This document shows positions 47,102 to 56,444 of a stretch of DNA of 64,000 bases, in pieces. The first letter of the stretch is position 1, and each line of letters begins with the position of its first letter. The notes beneath the pieces were generated by a model that did not search any database, was not told the origin of the DNA, and saw nothing but the letters and a program-made list of their open reading frames with translations. The stretch lies in sequence record NC_042098.1; one strand, written 5' to 3'. The position numbers and the translations under genes are program-made.

Positions 47102-47512
47102 ATGCGTACACTTGTTGTTGTTTTAACTGAACCGGCTGAGAACCAATCGATTGCTCTGACTATCCGTGACCCGTATCACGAGCTTACCTTTGACAAGATC
47201 GCAGGCTGGATCGAGTCAGCCACCGGTGACAGTGTATTTCGTGACAAATTCGATTTATTGTGTAACGAACACACCCTGGAAGTTTTGGTCGATGTAGTTG
47301 ATGACGGCGACACGCCAACGGTGCATTTCGTCTACAGCAATACCCAGTGGAAAGATTGGGTAAAGTCAGTGGCAAAAGCTTTTGTTTACAATGACCCGCA
47401 TTCTCGTAACTTCTGCACGGTGAAGGCCGCAGCCGCTTTACTGACCCGTGCGAAACCAACCCTTAGTGACCAACACAGCGATCTGCGTGGCATTGCCTAC
47501 GTCGAGGAGTAA
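47102..47512 (+). CDS. Hypothetical protein
   Basis: 136 aa, AAGGA RBS. Confidence 0.7.
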   Translation: MRTLVVVLTEPAENQSIALTIRDPYHELTFDKIAGWIESATGDSVFRDKFDLLCNEHTLEVLVDVVDDGDTPTVHFVYSNTQWKDWVKSVAKAFVYNDPHSRNFCTVKAAAALLTRAKPTLSDQHSDLRGIAYVEE

Positions 47513-47514
47513 TC

Positions 47515-47946
47515 ATGGACAACAAGATTCAAGTCGTTATCTTATCGGATGATTCGTATCAGCAACGCTTCCTGTTCCTGGAAGTCCCTGCGCTCGTGAA
47601 CAACACCGATACCGACATCACCGTCCGCAAGCTTATTAATGAAGCGACCGCAAAAGGACGCCCTGATTTTAACGTCTCTCTGATCAGTGCAGGGATCGGT
47701 ATGATTGCCGGCTCCAATAATGTTACCATGGAATACCAGATCAAAGCGAACTGCTCAGGTGCCGCTGGTGAGATCGCTGAGTATATCCGCACCGTAGGTA
47801 ACTACGAGCGGGTACAGGTAGCAACTAAACCCCACATCGCTCTGGCAATGCTACACAACGAAGACTGGGTAGGTAAGCAAACCATCGATCTGATGGATGC
47901 AACGCCATTCCTGACCATCACTCCAGTTACTGAAGAGACCTGCTAA
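47515..47946 (+). CDS. Hypothetical protein
   Basis: 143 aa, GAGGAG RBS. Confidence 0.7.
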   Translation: MDNKIQVVILSDDSYQQRFLFLEVPALVNNTDTDITVRKLINEATAKGRPDFNVSLISAGIGMIAGSNNVTMEYQIKANCSGAAGEIAEYIRTVGNYERVQVATKPHIALAMLHNEDWVGKQTIDLMDATPFLTITPVTEETC

Positions 47947-47947
47947 C

Positions 47948-48901
47948 ATGGCTGAAGTCATTAAACGCTCGCCGGGGATGAATCACCATCCGGCACACCC
48001 TGGTATCTGGGTGCCCTTCGAAAGCTATCGTCTGAAAGACTACTACGACATCAAACTGAAAACCGGTGAGGTGTATAAGTGCTGGTACCCGAACGCCACC
48101 GCCTGGTCACCCCGGGGTGAATTGGTCGAAGGTCAGCCGGGTCGGGTAGAAGATGATGACGTGGTGGAGATCCGCCTGTTACCCGATGAAGAGATCACTG
48201 ACCGTTATTGGTTCAAAGGCGAAGATCGTCTGAAGCGCAATATCGATTTCTTTGGCGATGTGTTGCCGGAAGTGATCACCGCAGAAGATGGCACGGTAAC
48301 CTTTAAACCGATCACCCGTCGCGTGTTTGATGAGTTGGTGACCAGTAGTTGGGATGGCGAGAAAGCGATCTGGCTACGGGAGGATGAGTTATCCGTCGAG
48401 GAGCTCAAGACCAGGCTCTGGAGTGAGAAGGGTGACATCGATCCTGATTCGATACTGGGTCGGTCATTCACCACTTATCTGACACTACTCTGCACCCAGG
48501 CCAAGTACGAGCTTGAGTTGCTGGAAGTGCCGTGGAAGGGCAGTACGTTCTACATGAACCTGATGAGCGCCACTGACTATCAGCGTGAAGCGTGTCTGAA
48601 TGCAGTGGTCAAACTTGAAGAGTTGGCCGCACAGAAGCAGGCTGAGGGGCGTTTACCTTCTACGCCTTGTCGTGGCGTTGTTCCTCATCTGCGTAAACAG
48701 CGTGCGGCGGTCACAGCAGCGGTGCATACATTGGTATCTGCCTTGGATCGTAAAGCGATAGCTGGCGCCAAGCACATGAAAGGTGATCGCTTTGTCACCA
48801 AAGGCGAAGCACGGGTAGTCGATGGTCAGAAACTGACCGGGAAGCAATTACGTAAACTGCAGAAGAAACAACGGAGGGCTGAACGTGGAACAGTCGAATG
48901 A
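47948..48901 (+). CDS. Hypothetical protein with basic C-terminal tail
   Basis: 317 aa; ends GKQLRKLQKKQRR. Confidence 0.75.
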   Translation: MAEVIKRSPGMNHHPAHPGIWVPFESYRLKDYYDIKLKTGEVYKCWYPNATAWSPRGELVEGQPGRVEDDDVVEIRLLPDEEITDRYWFKGEDRLKRNIDFFGDVLPEVITAEDGTVTFKPITRRVFDELVTSSWDGEKAIWLREDELSVEELKTRLWSEKGDIDPDSILGRSFTTYLTLLCTQAKYELELLEVPWKGSTFYMNLMSATDYQREACLNAVVKLEELAAQKQAEGRLPSTPCRGVVPHLRKQRAAVTAAVHTLVSALDRKAIAGAKHMKGDRFVTKGEARVVDGQKLTGKQLRKLQKKQRRAERGTVE

Positions 48902-49193
48902 AGAAATCAAACTGATCAGTGGTGATGAAGAACGTGGCGAAGCTTCGTATTTAGTCGAAAGTGAATACGAAGCCCGTGACGCGTATCAACATTTCATTGA
49001 GCACTATACTGGCGATTCAATCACCGATGGCGAAGATCAGTGGCATACGGTTGCCAGTGAAGGATTCCTCAGTGACCTTGACTATCCGGTGATTGTGATC
49101 TTCTACATCAACTGGGATCATGCTGATCGTCATGAAGTGAAGTCCGTTCCCGTCAATGGTTTGAGTGCGCTTGCGCCTCATCTGTTTAAATAA
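48885..49193 (+). CDS. Hypothetical acidic protein
   Basis: 102 aa, GGAGG upstream. Confidence 0.65.
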   Translation: MEQSNEEIKLISGDEERGEASYLVESEYEARDAYQHFIEHYTGDSITDGEDQWHTVASEGFLSDLDYPVIVIFYINWDHADRHEVKSVPVNGLSALAPHLFK

Positions 49194-49218
49194 GTTCCAT
49201 TAACCCAAAGAGGTAATT

Positions 49219-49512
49219 ATGTCGTTCACATTGTCAAAGAAACTCGTTCCTGTTCTGCTCACCGCGAAAGACGGCCGTAAGTACGCCGTTGTTAATGGCG
49301 GTAACCGCGCCAAGCTGACCCTCGGCTTTGATGACGGGATCAGTCAGGAGGTTGCTGTGCCTTCTGAGCAGATTCCTGAAGAAGCGCGCATCAACGGCAC
49401 CAAACTGTATTTCGATGCAGAAGGTGCGGTGACGGGCTGGGATGCAGCACCGGGTGGAAAGACGAAGTCAAGCACGACTGCCGGATCAATGACCATGCGT
49501 CGTCCTGGCTAA
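49219..49512 (+). CDS. Hypothetical protein
   Basis: 97 aa, GAGG RBS. Confidence 0.7.
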   Translation: MSFTLSKKLVPVLLTAKDGRKYAVVNGGNRAKLTLGFDDGISQEVAVPSEQIPEEARINGTKLYFDAEGAVTGWDAAPGGKTKSSTTAGSMTMRRPG

Positions 49513-49520
49513 ACCATCAG

Positions 49521-49546
49521 GGGGAGGGAAACCTCCCCTTATGCCG
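49521..49546 (+). terminator. Hairpin + TTATGCCG element
   Basis: GGGGAGG-GAAA-CCTCCCC-TTATGCCG. Confidence 0.85.
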
Positions 49547-49558
49547 TATGGAGGGGTT

Positions 49559-50089
49559 ATGAGTTTATTGATCTACACTGACGGGCTGTTAATCGGTGAT
49601 CGTCGGGGAACACGTAATGCAGAGCATGAGCGATTCATCCGTGACATGAAGAAGACCCATGTTTCGAAATGCAAACGCTTAGCGTTAGGGGTGGTAGGGG
49701 AAGAGATTCATCCAACAGATCTGCCAAAGGTGATGACCTTCTTTATTAACTCGCTGACAGATCACTATCACCGTGAACATGATGTGGGCTATGCCCACAG
49801 TTATAGCGAAGAAGAGTCATTGGTAGCTGGCCTTGAGAATCGTCGTTTTATCCTGATGACAGCTGACCGGGCTTTTATCATTAACTTCGGTTCTTTGACT
49901 GAGATCACTCACGAGCCCTGGTATTGCTCAGGTAACGGAATGGCGATGGCCGATGTCTTTCTGACTGCAGGGATGTCGCCGGGGAAAGTGATTGAAGCGG
50001 TAGCCAAACTCAACCTGGAAGTGGGGCATTCATTTACCCGTGTCGAACAGTCTCGCTTAAAACCCTTGATTAAGAAGGTGGAAGAATGA
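49559..50089 (+). CDS. Proteasome-beta/HslV-like Ntn-hydrolase fold protein (start revised to MSLLIY)
   Basis: SLLIYTDGLLIGDRR (T1...D17 pattern), MKK (K33), LGVVG, CSGNG (GSG) and helix GMSPGKVIEAV; GGAGG RBS. Confidence 0.55.
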   Translation: MSLLIYTDGLLIGDRRGTRNAEHERFIRDMKKTHVSKCKRLALGVVGEEIHPTDLPKVMTFFINSLTDHYHREHDVGYAHSYSEEESLVAGLENRRFILMTADRAFIINFGSLTEITHEPWYCSGNGMAMADVFLTAGMSPGKVIEAVAKLNLEVGHSFTRVEQSRLKPLIKKVEE

Positions 50090-50604
50090 GTGGCATATTC
50101 GCAGCCCAAGGACGTAACCTGGTGTTTCCTACTCAACTGGAGAAAAGGAGTGGGCTTTACTACACCCCGCCCCCTGAAGCGTGCTGGATGCCTTGGGGGC
50201 GTTACTTCCCACTGTCAGCAACCAGCTTCAATATCCTCGAGCATTTCATGACCGGAGAAGATCTACCCCGGGAGAGTTCATACTCGACGCACGTGCTCGG
50301 CATTCTGGTCACGCCAAACGGACTGATCTACGAATACATCAATACCGTTGAAGGGATTAGGCGGCGGGTTGTTCCTTTGGGTAAAGGTGCAGTGTATTGT
50401 CGCTCCGATGATCCATTGCTGGAAGAAGCTATGACAGCAGCGATGGTAGTCCATGACCAGCTGGTTGATGCCATTACGCTGGTGAGTAAGTCCCGCAAAC
50501 TGATGACCCATCAGTACAAATATACAACACTGGACAAAGTATATGCGGAAATAAAGGAACGTAAACTTGTCCTGCAGCCGCCCACGAGGAATAATCTAAT
50601 TTAA
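50086..50604 (+). CDS. Hypothetical protein, possible diverged partner of 49559
   Basis: 172 aa, translationally coupled (ATGA overlap). Confidence 0.7.
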   Translation: MSGIFAAQGRNLVFPTQLEKRSGLYYTPPPEACWMPWGRYFPLSATSFNILEHFMTGEDLPRESSYSTHVLGILVTPNGLIYEYINTVEGIRRRVVPLGKGAVYCRSDDPLLEEAMTAAMVVHDQLVDAITLVSKSRKLMTHQYKYTTLDKVYAEIKERKLVLQPPTRNNLI

Positions 50605-50629
50605 CCCCTGTTTATATAGAAAGGAAAAT

Positions 50630-51076
50630 ATGAACAACTTTATCAACGATGCTTTAGATATCATTGAACTTAACGAAAGTAGTGCACGTACTGAACTCTG
50701 CCGCAAGCAGGAAGCTTCGTTACCGGCCTATATTCTCAAACTGGCGACCCGCCTGGCCAAGAAGATTGCCTATGCAGTTCGCTTAATGGAGAGACGCGAT
50801 GAAGGGTATGTTCGTCTTGGTACTTATAGCGATCGCTGGTTACTCTGTTTTGGTGACCGCATCAGCCGTTATGGCATGCATACGTCGGGTAAGCATGCGC
50901 TCTATCTTACCTTGGATTGGGCTACTTTTATCCGTGACCATAAGTTATTTGACGTGGCAAATCACCTACTTCAATTGGCTCTGGGCAAGTTGCTTCCTGG
51001 GCATTGTGTGTTACTGGGCGGTGAAACACCCAAACACGAATTCGAGTTCGTGATCTGCAAACAAACAATAAAATAA
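50630..51076 (+). CDS. Hypothetical protein
   Basis: 148 aa, AAGGA RBS. Confidence 0.7.
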   Translation: MNNFINDALDIIELNESSARTELCRKQEASLPAYILKLATRLAKKIAYAVRLMERRDEGYVRLGTYSDRWLLCFGDRISRYGMHTSGKHALYLTLDWATFIRDHKLFDVANHLLQLALGKLLPGHCVLLGGETPKHEFEFVICKQTIK

Positions 51077-51087
51077 GAGAGGGCGCC

Positions 51088-51507
51088 ATGCCACAGCGTG
51101 GTACAACACCGAGCTTTGCAGAATTCACACAGCAAGAACTGGCAGAGAAGGTAATCCCGATACTGCCAGATTACTGTAACCGTCTTTGTGGGGTCATGAT
51201 CAGCACATGCTTTGCGCATCGCGTGGGGCTTACTGACAAATCTGTACTGCGTTTTGCTGAGTATCACTTCAACCCCACGCCCGACCTAGCGCGACAAACA
51301 GACTGGTCGGTGGAAGTGCGAAGTGAGCAGTGTGTGGTTTATGAACTCAACATCCCCAAGTTTGTCCATGAGGCTGGATTGGTAAAGCAGTTTTTAGATA
51401 TCCTCTCCAGCCATCTTGAACTTTATTTCACTGACAGTAAGGTGCTCCTCGGTCATGTACTCCCGCCGTGCTTCCTTACTATCCGCATTGAGAAAACAAC
51501 ACCATGA
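51088..51507 (+). CDS. Hypothetical protein
   Basis: 139 aa, GAGG RBS. Confidence 0.7.
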   Translation: MPQRGTTPSFAEFTQQELAEKVIPILPDYCNRLCGVMISTCFAHRVGLTDKSVLRFAEYHFNPTPDLARQTDWSVEVRSEQCVVYELNIPKFVHEAGLVKQFLDILSSHLELYFTDSKVLLGHVLPPCFLTIRIEKTTP

Positions 51508-52271
51508 ATCTTTATCTCGTCTCTGACAGTCGTTATACCCCGCCAGGTGATTTCTACAACAACTGGTTAGTCCACGCTAATAGTCGTGACAATGCCGCGA
51601 TGTTGTGTAATTCACGTTGTCTGGTTGATACCTTTGAGATCGGTAGCCTGAACTACAACAACGGCGAACTGATCATGATGCACAAGACCGTCCAGCACAC
51701 GGATGAACCGCGCCTGAAGCAGAAGGTTGGTGATGCACTGTATTATCCTTTAACGGTATCACCTGACAGCAGTGCCTTTGACCGTATCATTGGTGAGATC
51801 GTGAACAAAGCCGCCTCTCCGTTACCGGAAGGTGTCTCTGTCGATCGCCTTCTCATCAATGCTGACAGTCCTGAAGCGCTGTTCTTTATCTCGCGCCATG
51901 ACTTTGGTAGTTCGCGTTGTTACTACAAAATCCCCAGTGAACTCGACAGCCAGATCTCTAAACTGCTGGACTTCAATAAAGGCGAGCGTATTCCCCGTAC
52001 GTCCCACGAACCGGTCGTGCTCTCCTGGCGTAGTCGACTGTCCCTCATGATCGCGCGTCAGCATGATGATGCGTACAACCATGAGAAGCTGGAGATCTAC
52101 CGTAAAATGGCATTTGATCTGGTAGCTGCTGCGACTGACCACGAGAACGCTGCACTCGCGATACTGGACCCGGACCAACCCGAATTCAAAGTCTGGATGC
52201 CCGGGATTGATGAAGAGAAGATCCATCAAGCGCTGGATGCGTTTGGTGCACCACGTCAGTTAGGGGAATAG
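51504..52271 (+). CDS. Hypothetical protein
   Basis: 255 aa, overlaps the upstream stop. Confidence 0.75.
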   Translation: MNLYLVSDSRYTPPGDFYNNWLVHANSRDNAAMLCNSRCLVDTFEIGSLNYNNGELIMMHKTVQHTDEPRLKQKVGDALYYPLTVSPDSSAFDRIIGEIVNKAASPLPEGVSVDRLLINADSPEALFFISRHDFGSSRCYYKIPSELDSQISKLLDFNKGERIPRTSHEPVVLSWRSRLSLMIARQHDDAYNHEKLEIYRKMAFDLVAAATDHENAALAILDPDQPEFKVWMPGIDEEKIHQALDAFGAPRQLGE

Positions 52272-52288
52272 CCTATTAGGAGCTGTTT

Positions 52289-52879
52289 ATGGAGAGGCTA
52301 ACATTAGCTTGGCTAAGAGCTAATCAAGGAAGGAAATCTCTGGAAGATCGTTTGTTTCAATTCGGTCACGTTTATAGTGAGAGAGATTCCTGTTTCACCT
52401 GGCGTGGGATGGTGGATAATTACGGCTACGGAAAGATAAAGGTTAAAAGTAGATTGGTGGGTGCACACAAACTGTCTTATCTGCTATTCAAAGGGGATAT
52501 TCCAGAAGGTATGGTAGTTAGACACACGTGCGATAACCCAGTCTGTATTAACCCCTCTCATTTAATCGCGGGTACGGTAAAGCAAAACGTTCATGATGCA
52601 ATAGCAAAAGGCCGTGCTTCTTTTCAGAATGCTATCAATTCATCGGTATGTAAGTTTCTGCCGGCCAACGCTATTATTATGGTAGATAGAAAGATAGGCC
52701 CACTACTATGTTATGCAACAACCCGGCGATTAGCCCTTGCTGATAATTCTAAAGTTTACTGGGGTCGTCCGTGTAAGTCACACGGCATGCCTTGGAGAAG
52801 AACCAGTAATGGCGAATGTGTCTATTGCAGGCACGAATACCGAGCAGGTGTGAAGTATACACCTAATGGAAAGAGGTGA
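52289..52879 (+). CDS. Free-standing HNH homing endonuclease
   Basis: CFTW.G...GYG, AHKLSY, VRHTCDNPVCINPSHL..GTVKQN; C-terminal CxxH...CxxC; visibly more AT-rich than neighbours. Confidence 0.9.
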   Translation: MERLTLAWLRANQGRKSLEDRLFQFGHVYSERDSCFTWRGMVDNYGYGKIKVKSRLVGAHKLSYLLFKGDIPEGMVVRHTCDNPVCINPSHLIAGTVKQNVHDAIAKGRASFQNAINSSVCKFLPANAIIMVDRKIGPLLCYATTRRLALADNSKVYWGRPCKSHGMPWRRTSNGECVYCRHEYRAGVKYTPNGKR

Positions 52880-52894
52880 TCCCTTTATCTTCCG

Positions 52895-52970
52895 CGGGTG
52901 AGGGTTAGAACCCGGCTGTGGCCGCATAGCCAAAGTCGGTTAATCAAAGTCGACGGATTTGGATTACCCG
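52895..52970 (+). ncRNA. Candidate structured RNA (closing stem plus three hairpins)
   Basis: CGGGTGA/TTACCCG encloses GGGT-TAGA-ACCC, GGCTGTG-GCCG-CATAGCC and GTCGGTT-AATCAA-AGTCGAC; folded by hand. Confidence 0.35.
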
Positions 52971-53032
52971 GCGTGACTTGTCATTGTTTCACTTTGTTCC
53001 ACTACACAAACAGCTCAACTCTCTCATAATTC

Positions 53033-53063
53033 AAGGGGTGGGGTAACTCACCCCTTTATGCCG
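53033..53063 (+). terminator. Hairpin + TTATGCCG element
   Basis: AAGGGGTGG-GGTAAC-TCACCCCTT-TATGCCG. Confidence 0.8.
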
Positions 53064-53078
53064 CAAGGATCTATTATC

Positions 53079-53411
53079 ATGCAGGAATTCTTCAAAAGCT
53101 ACGGCACGTACTTCTTTGATGTACTCATGTTTATCATGGTGTTCGCCTGGTGTTTCTGTGGCAGTGGCGGTACACGTCATGACAAAAACAAATGGTTGCG
53201 TTACGGCGCACCTGTTGCACTTGGTCTTTTTGTTGTGCTGGTCGTCCACGGGTTTGGTGCATTTGATCGTTATCTGGAAAGGAATAAGTGCGCTGACTTA
53301 CCAATAGGTGTCGGCGTAATGATTGAAGACCGCTGCTACAAGCGCGTTGATGGACCCGTGTACATATCCGCCGACAGTACCGTGTACAAGGAGAGCAATG
53401 TACATGACTGA
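53079..53411 (+). CDS. Small membrane protein (2 TM); start revised to MQEFF
   Basis: Two hydrophobic segments; AAGGA RBS. Confidence 0.65.
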   Translation: MQEFFKSYGTYFFDVLMFIMVFAWCFCGSGGTRHDKNKWLRYGAPVALGLFVVLVVHGFGAFDRYLERNKCADLPIGVGVMIEDRCYKRVDGPVYISADSTVYKESNVHD

Positions 53412-53607
53412 TTTGTGGTTGTACATTGCAATCTTTCTGCTCTGTTATATCTGGGCATTCTTCGGTCTTCCACCTACCGGTAATAAAAGAAAGCTTTATC
53501 TGTATCCGGGAATCGTTGCAGTAGCGTTCTGTTTAGGTGTAATGGCGATTAAGAACTGCAGTGATTCAACCACACGATATCAACCGCTGTACAACGTGCA
53601 TCAATAA
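53404..53607 (+). CDS. Small membrane protein (2 TM); start revised to MTDLW
   Basis: AAGGAG RBS; two hydrophobic segments. Confidence 0.6.
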   Translation: MTDLWLYIAIFLLCYIWAFFGLPPTGNKRKLYLYPGIVAVAFCLGVMAIKNCSDSTTRYQPLYNVHQ

Positions 53608-53610
53608 CGG

Positions 53611-53658
53611 GAGGAGGCTTTGGCCTCCTCTTATGCCGACTATTCTTTTTTGGTTATT
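53611..53658 (+). terminator. Hairpin + TTATGCCG + TTCTTTTTTGGTTATT element
   Basis: GAGGAGGC-TTTG-GCCTCCTC-TTATGCCG then a 16-mer also found at 63520. Confidence 0.85.
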
Positions 53659-53708
53659 TCCTACATCTACCCGCAAATCATTTAGCCCATTATACACTGG
53701 AGTTATTC

Positions 53709-54263
53709 ATGGAAAAGATTACGAGTGATACGATCCTTGCTAAGTTACATGAGGTGGCAGAAACAAACAAAGAAAACCAACATCGGAAACTCCGCTCAAT
53801 AAGCCAAACCATGGCGTACAACATTGAAGCGATAGTCGAGTTGATTGCGTTATCGGGTGAGATGCACCTTGATCTGCTTGATCGACGCAAGGTTGATGAG
53901 ATCATAGAGCCGCATTACAAAGGCAATCAACGGGCTTATAGTCGACTGAGTCATACCGCCTCTATTCACACGGGGATGGAGTACCTTGCCGGCAACGCGC
54001 ACATCTACACCAACAACGAGGGTAAAGAAGCGGTACGAATCGTCTGTACCTTTAAGTTTAAACGCGACTTCCTGCAACCTAGCTTATTACCTAAGGTACT
54101 TCACTACTGTCTGCAGGAGCTTCAACCGCAGTTTGATGATGGCGGCAGTAGCGTCTTCTTCCACACACCGGGTGAGTTAGATAATCCCCGTCTTAAAGCC
54201 ATTCCGGGCTGGCACGTCGACGCTAACGTCCGTGATAACTCCATTGTCATTAGTTTACGTTAA
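53709..54263 (+). CDS. Hypothetical protein
   Basis: 184 aa, GGAG RBS. Confidence 0.75.
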   Translation: MEKITSDTILAKLHEVAETNKENQHRKLRSISQTMAYNIEAIVELIALSGEMHLDLLDRRKVDEIIEPHYKGNQRAYSRLSHTASIHTGMEYLAGNAHIYTNNEGKEAVRIVCTFKFKRDFLQPSLLPKVLHYCLQELQPQFDDGGSSVFFHTPGELDNPRLKAIPGWHVDANVRDNSIVISLR

Positions 54264-54273
54264 GGAACCAAAC

Positions 54274-54984
54274 ATGATCGTTGTTGTTGTTGATACTGAA
54301 TCGACTGCTTTGGATGAGCTCGCGGGTATTCTGAGTTTGTCCGCTATTCGCACTAACGTGGCTGACATGAGTTGCATCAAGCACCTGATCGGCGTGCACC
54401 AAGCCGGCAAGACGCATGACGACATCTTCCATGCCGTATTGAACCTTAATGAACAATACGTGATGGGTCGTACCTTCTTGCAAAGCACCCAGGATTGGTG
54501 GATGAAGAAAACCACCCCGGCGGCGAAGGCTTCAGTAACCGGACCAACACAGTCTGCAAAAGATGCTTTGACAGCATTTGTGGTTTTCATCGAAAAGGCC
54601 ATTGAGGCGACGATTAACGAACGCGGGGAGAAAGCGAAGGTCCAGCTGTACTACCGTGGCGACTTCGATGCTAAAGCCATTGCGTCCCTGGCAAAAGCGG
54701 TGGGTGTTGAACTCCCGTATATTTTCAATCAGAACAAAGAGATCCGCACATATATCGATGCCAAGCTGGACACGGATATCGGTTATATCCCGTGGCTCGG
54801 TTACCCAGAAGGACTGGGGCGTCATAGCTCACTCGATGATGTTCTAATCGATGGCTTCGAGATGGCGGTGGCCTATCGCATCAATCACCTCGAAAAGTTC
54901 GATAAAAAGTCGGTGCCGGGCGAGATCGCCAAACTGAAAGAAACGTACCCTGTTCCGGAGAAAACCCATGCAAAATCTAAATGA
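54274..54984 (+). CDS. DEDD-family (DnaQ-like) 3'-5' exonuclease
   Basis: VVVDTES (ExoI), RGDFD (ExoII), HSSLDD (ExoIII); T.DWW typical of the exonuclease VIII/DUF5051-like group. Confidence 0.8.
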   Translation: MIVVVVDTESTALDELAGILSLSAIRTNVADMSCIKHLIGVHQAGKTHDDIFHAVLNLNEQYVMGRTFLQSTQDWWMKKTTPAAKASVTGPTQSAKDALTAFVVFIEKAIEATINERGEKAKVQLYYRGDFDAKAIASLAKAVGVELPYIFNQNKEIRTYIDAKLDTDIGYIPWLGYPEGLGRHSSLDDVLIDGFEMAVAYRINHLEKFDKKSVPGEIAKLKETYPVPEKTHAKSK

Positions 54985-55690
54985 CCGTATCTTTGCCAAT
55001 TATGATGGTTACATTGAAGCTATTGATGCGCATTTTAAACCTACCTATCAACTGCAGCTGGCTGAGCAAGTCATCCCGGGCGAGCAGATGGATAAGCTTG
55101 TAACCTGGATGGACCACAACGCCCATGTCAAAGGTGCGACGGTCTACCTGATGGAGTTGGTGCCTGATCTCGATAAACCGCATCCTGCACAATCAGAGAT
55201 GCGTGTGTTTATTGCACTCGGTATGTTTAATCGTGAAGTCAACCCTGATTTGCCTTACTGGTGTCATGTACATCGCCATTACCCGGTTAACCTCGCTGTC
55301 GACTTGATTGTTACTGACCTGCAAGGCGTTCCTGTAACCCATGCCGTTCTGACTGCGTTTAAGTCATTTGATCGAGCACGCACCTACAGGGATAATCTCG
55401 GCGGCAAAGGTGGGCATCAACCGCATCACGAAATCCATACTGGCATTATTGACCAAAGTGGTAAGGTGATCTTCGAAGCCTACGGGAATATCAACTGGCA
55501 TACCAAGAATGCCATTCGCCTGCTGGCTGAACGACAGATTTTGCAGGAAGATACCGAGTTGTCAGCGGTGTGGTTACTGGCGGGTTTAAAAGCGGGTGTT
55601 AACTGGAAAGTCGAAGACCATGTTGACATCATGAAAGCAATCGATACTTTCCGTCCGAGGAATACCCATGATTTTAACGGCTATGTTTAA
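54968..55690 (+). CDS. Hypothetical protein
   Basis: 240 aa, overlapping neighbours. Confidence 0.75.
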   Translation: MQNLNDRIFANYDGYIEAIDAHFKPTYQLQLAEQVIPGEQMDKLVTWMDHNAHVKGATVYLMELVPDLDKPHPAQSEMRVFIALGMFNREVNPDLPYWCHVHRHYPVNLAVDLIVTDLQGVPVTHAVLTAFKSFDRARTYRDNLGGKGGHQPHHEIHTGIIDQSGKVIFEAYGNINWHTKNAIRLLAERQILQEDTELSAVWLLAGLKAGVNWKVEDHVDIMKAIDTFRPRNTHDFNGYV

Positions 55691-56432
55691 GAAGTGCTTT
55701 GGTGCGTCGTCTGTCTATAAAGAAGATGACGGCAGTACACGCATTACCGCTGACCAGTATGAACTTACGCTGGGTCGATCCTACCATCCTAAGCTCAAGC
55801 GTAAGGTGGGTCGGGGATTTGGCTTCTATGTCGAAAATGGCGAGAAGCTCGAGTTCGTCTTGCGGGGTTACTGGTTTGTGTTGATCGCCTGGAGCAAGAA
55901 GCGCAAATCACTCAATTGGGACGAAGCGGAAAATGCACCGACCTACGGCTTCAATGTTGTCGACTCTGACTTAGCGATCTATCTCGGCAATGAATCCGCT
56001 AAGTCAGACAAACACATCAGCATGCGTAGTCGTAGCAAATACATCCCCCTGCCCTGGGCCTGGACCTTCCATAAGCGTGAAGTGTTAACCACCCGTGATA
56101 CCTGGGTTGATGTCAAAGAAGGTGCGTTATCTCAGGAGTGGTCGTTCCCCGCCACATACGTCACCAAGCACAATGAAGTGCAAGAGATGATGATCGAAGC
56201 GAAGATGGAGCGCATGACCTGGCGCCTGGCATGGCTCCCTTGGTTCGCACCGGTTACCAAGAAAGACCGCTCGGCGAGTTACAAGTACCACGGGAACGGT
56301 GGTAACGGGGTTGGTCACGATGCCAGTGGGTGGAAAGGCGGGGTCATCGGTGGCGGGGTCATCATGCGAGACAATGAACACAACCCGAAAGAAACATTCG
56401 ACCGTTTAATTAAAGAGCAGCATTACGGCTAA
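55668..56432 (+). CDS. Hypothetical Trp-rich protein
   Basis: 254 aa; start could be 55683. Confidence 0.75.
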   Translation: MILTAMFKKCFGASSVYKEDDGSTRITADQYELTLGRSYHPKLKRKVGRGFGFYVENGEKLEFVLRGYWFVLIAWSKKRKSLNWDEAENAPTYGFNVVDSDLAIYLGNESAKSDKHISMRSRSKYIPLPWAWTFHKREVLTTRDTWVDVKEGALSQEWSFPATYVTKHNEVQEMMIEAKMERMTWRLAWLPWFAPVTKKDRSASYKYHGNGGNGVGHDASGWKGGVIGGGVIMRDNEHNPKETFDRLIKEQHYG

Positions 56433-56444
56433 GAAGGAAAACAC

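Noticed and set aside
52895-52970. tRNA gene
   Set aside because: Cloverleaf-like but no TTCRA T-loop, no canonical D-loop or 7-nt anticodon loop, and no CCA
46060-53078. ORF starts at 46060 (MPG), 49541 (MPY) and 53058 (MPQ)
   Set aside because: These ATGs are part of the TTATGCCG tail, have no RBS, and better starts with RBSs lie a few codons downstream
51504-53411. Group I intron housing the HNH gene
   Set aside because: Flanking ORFs look complete with their own stops and RBSs, and I could not identify P7 or other core intron elements
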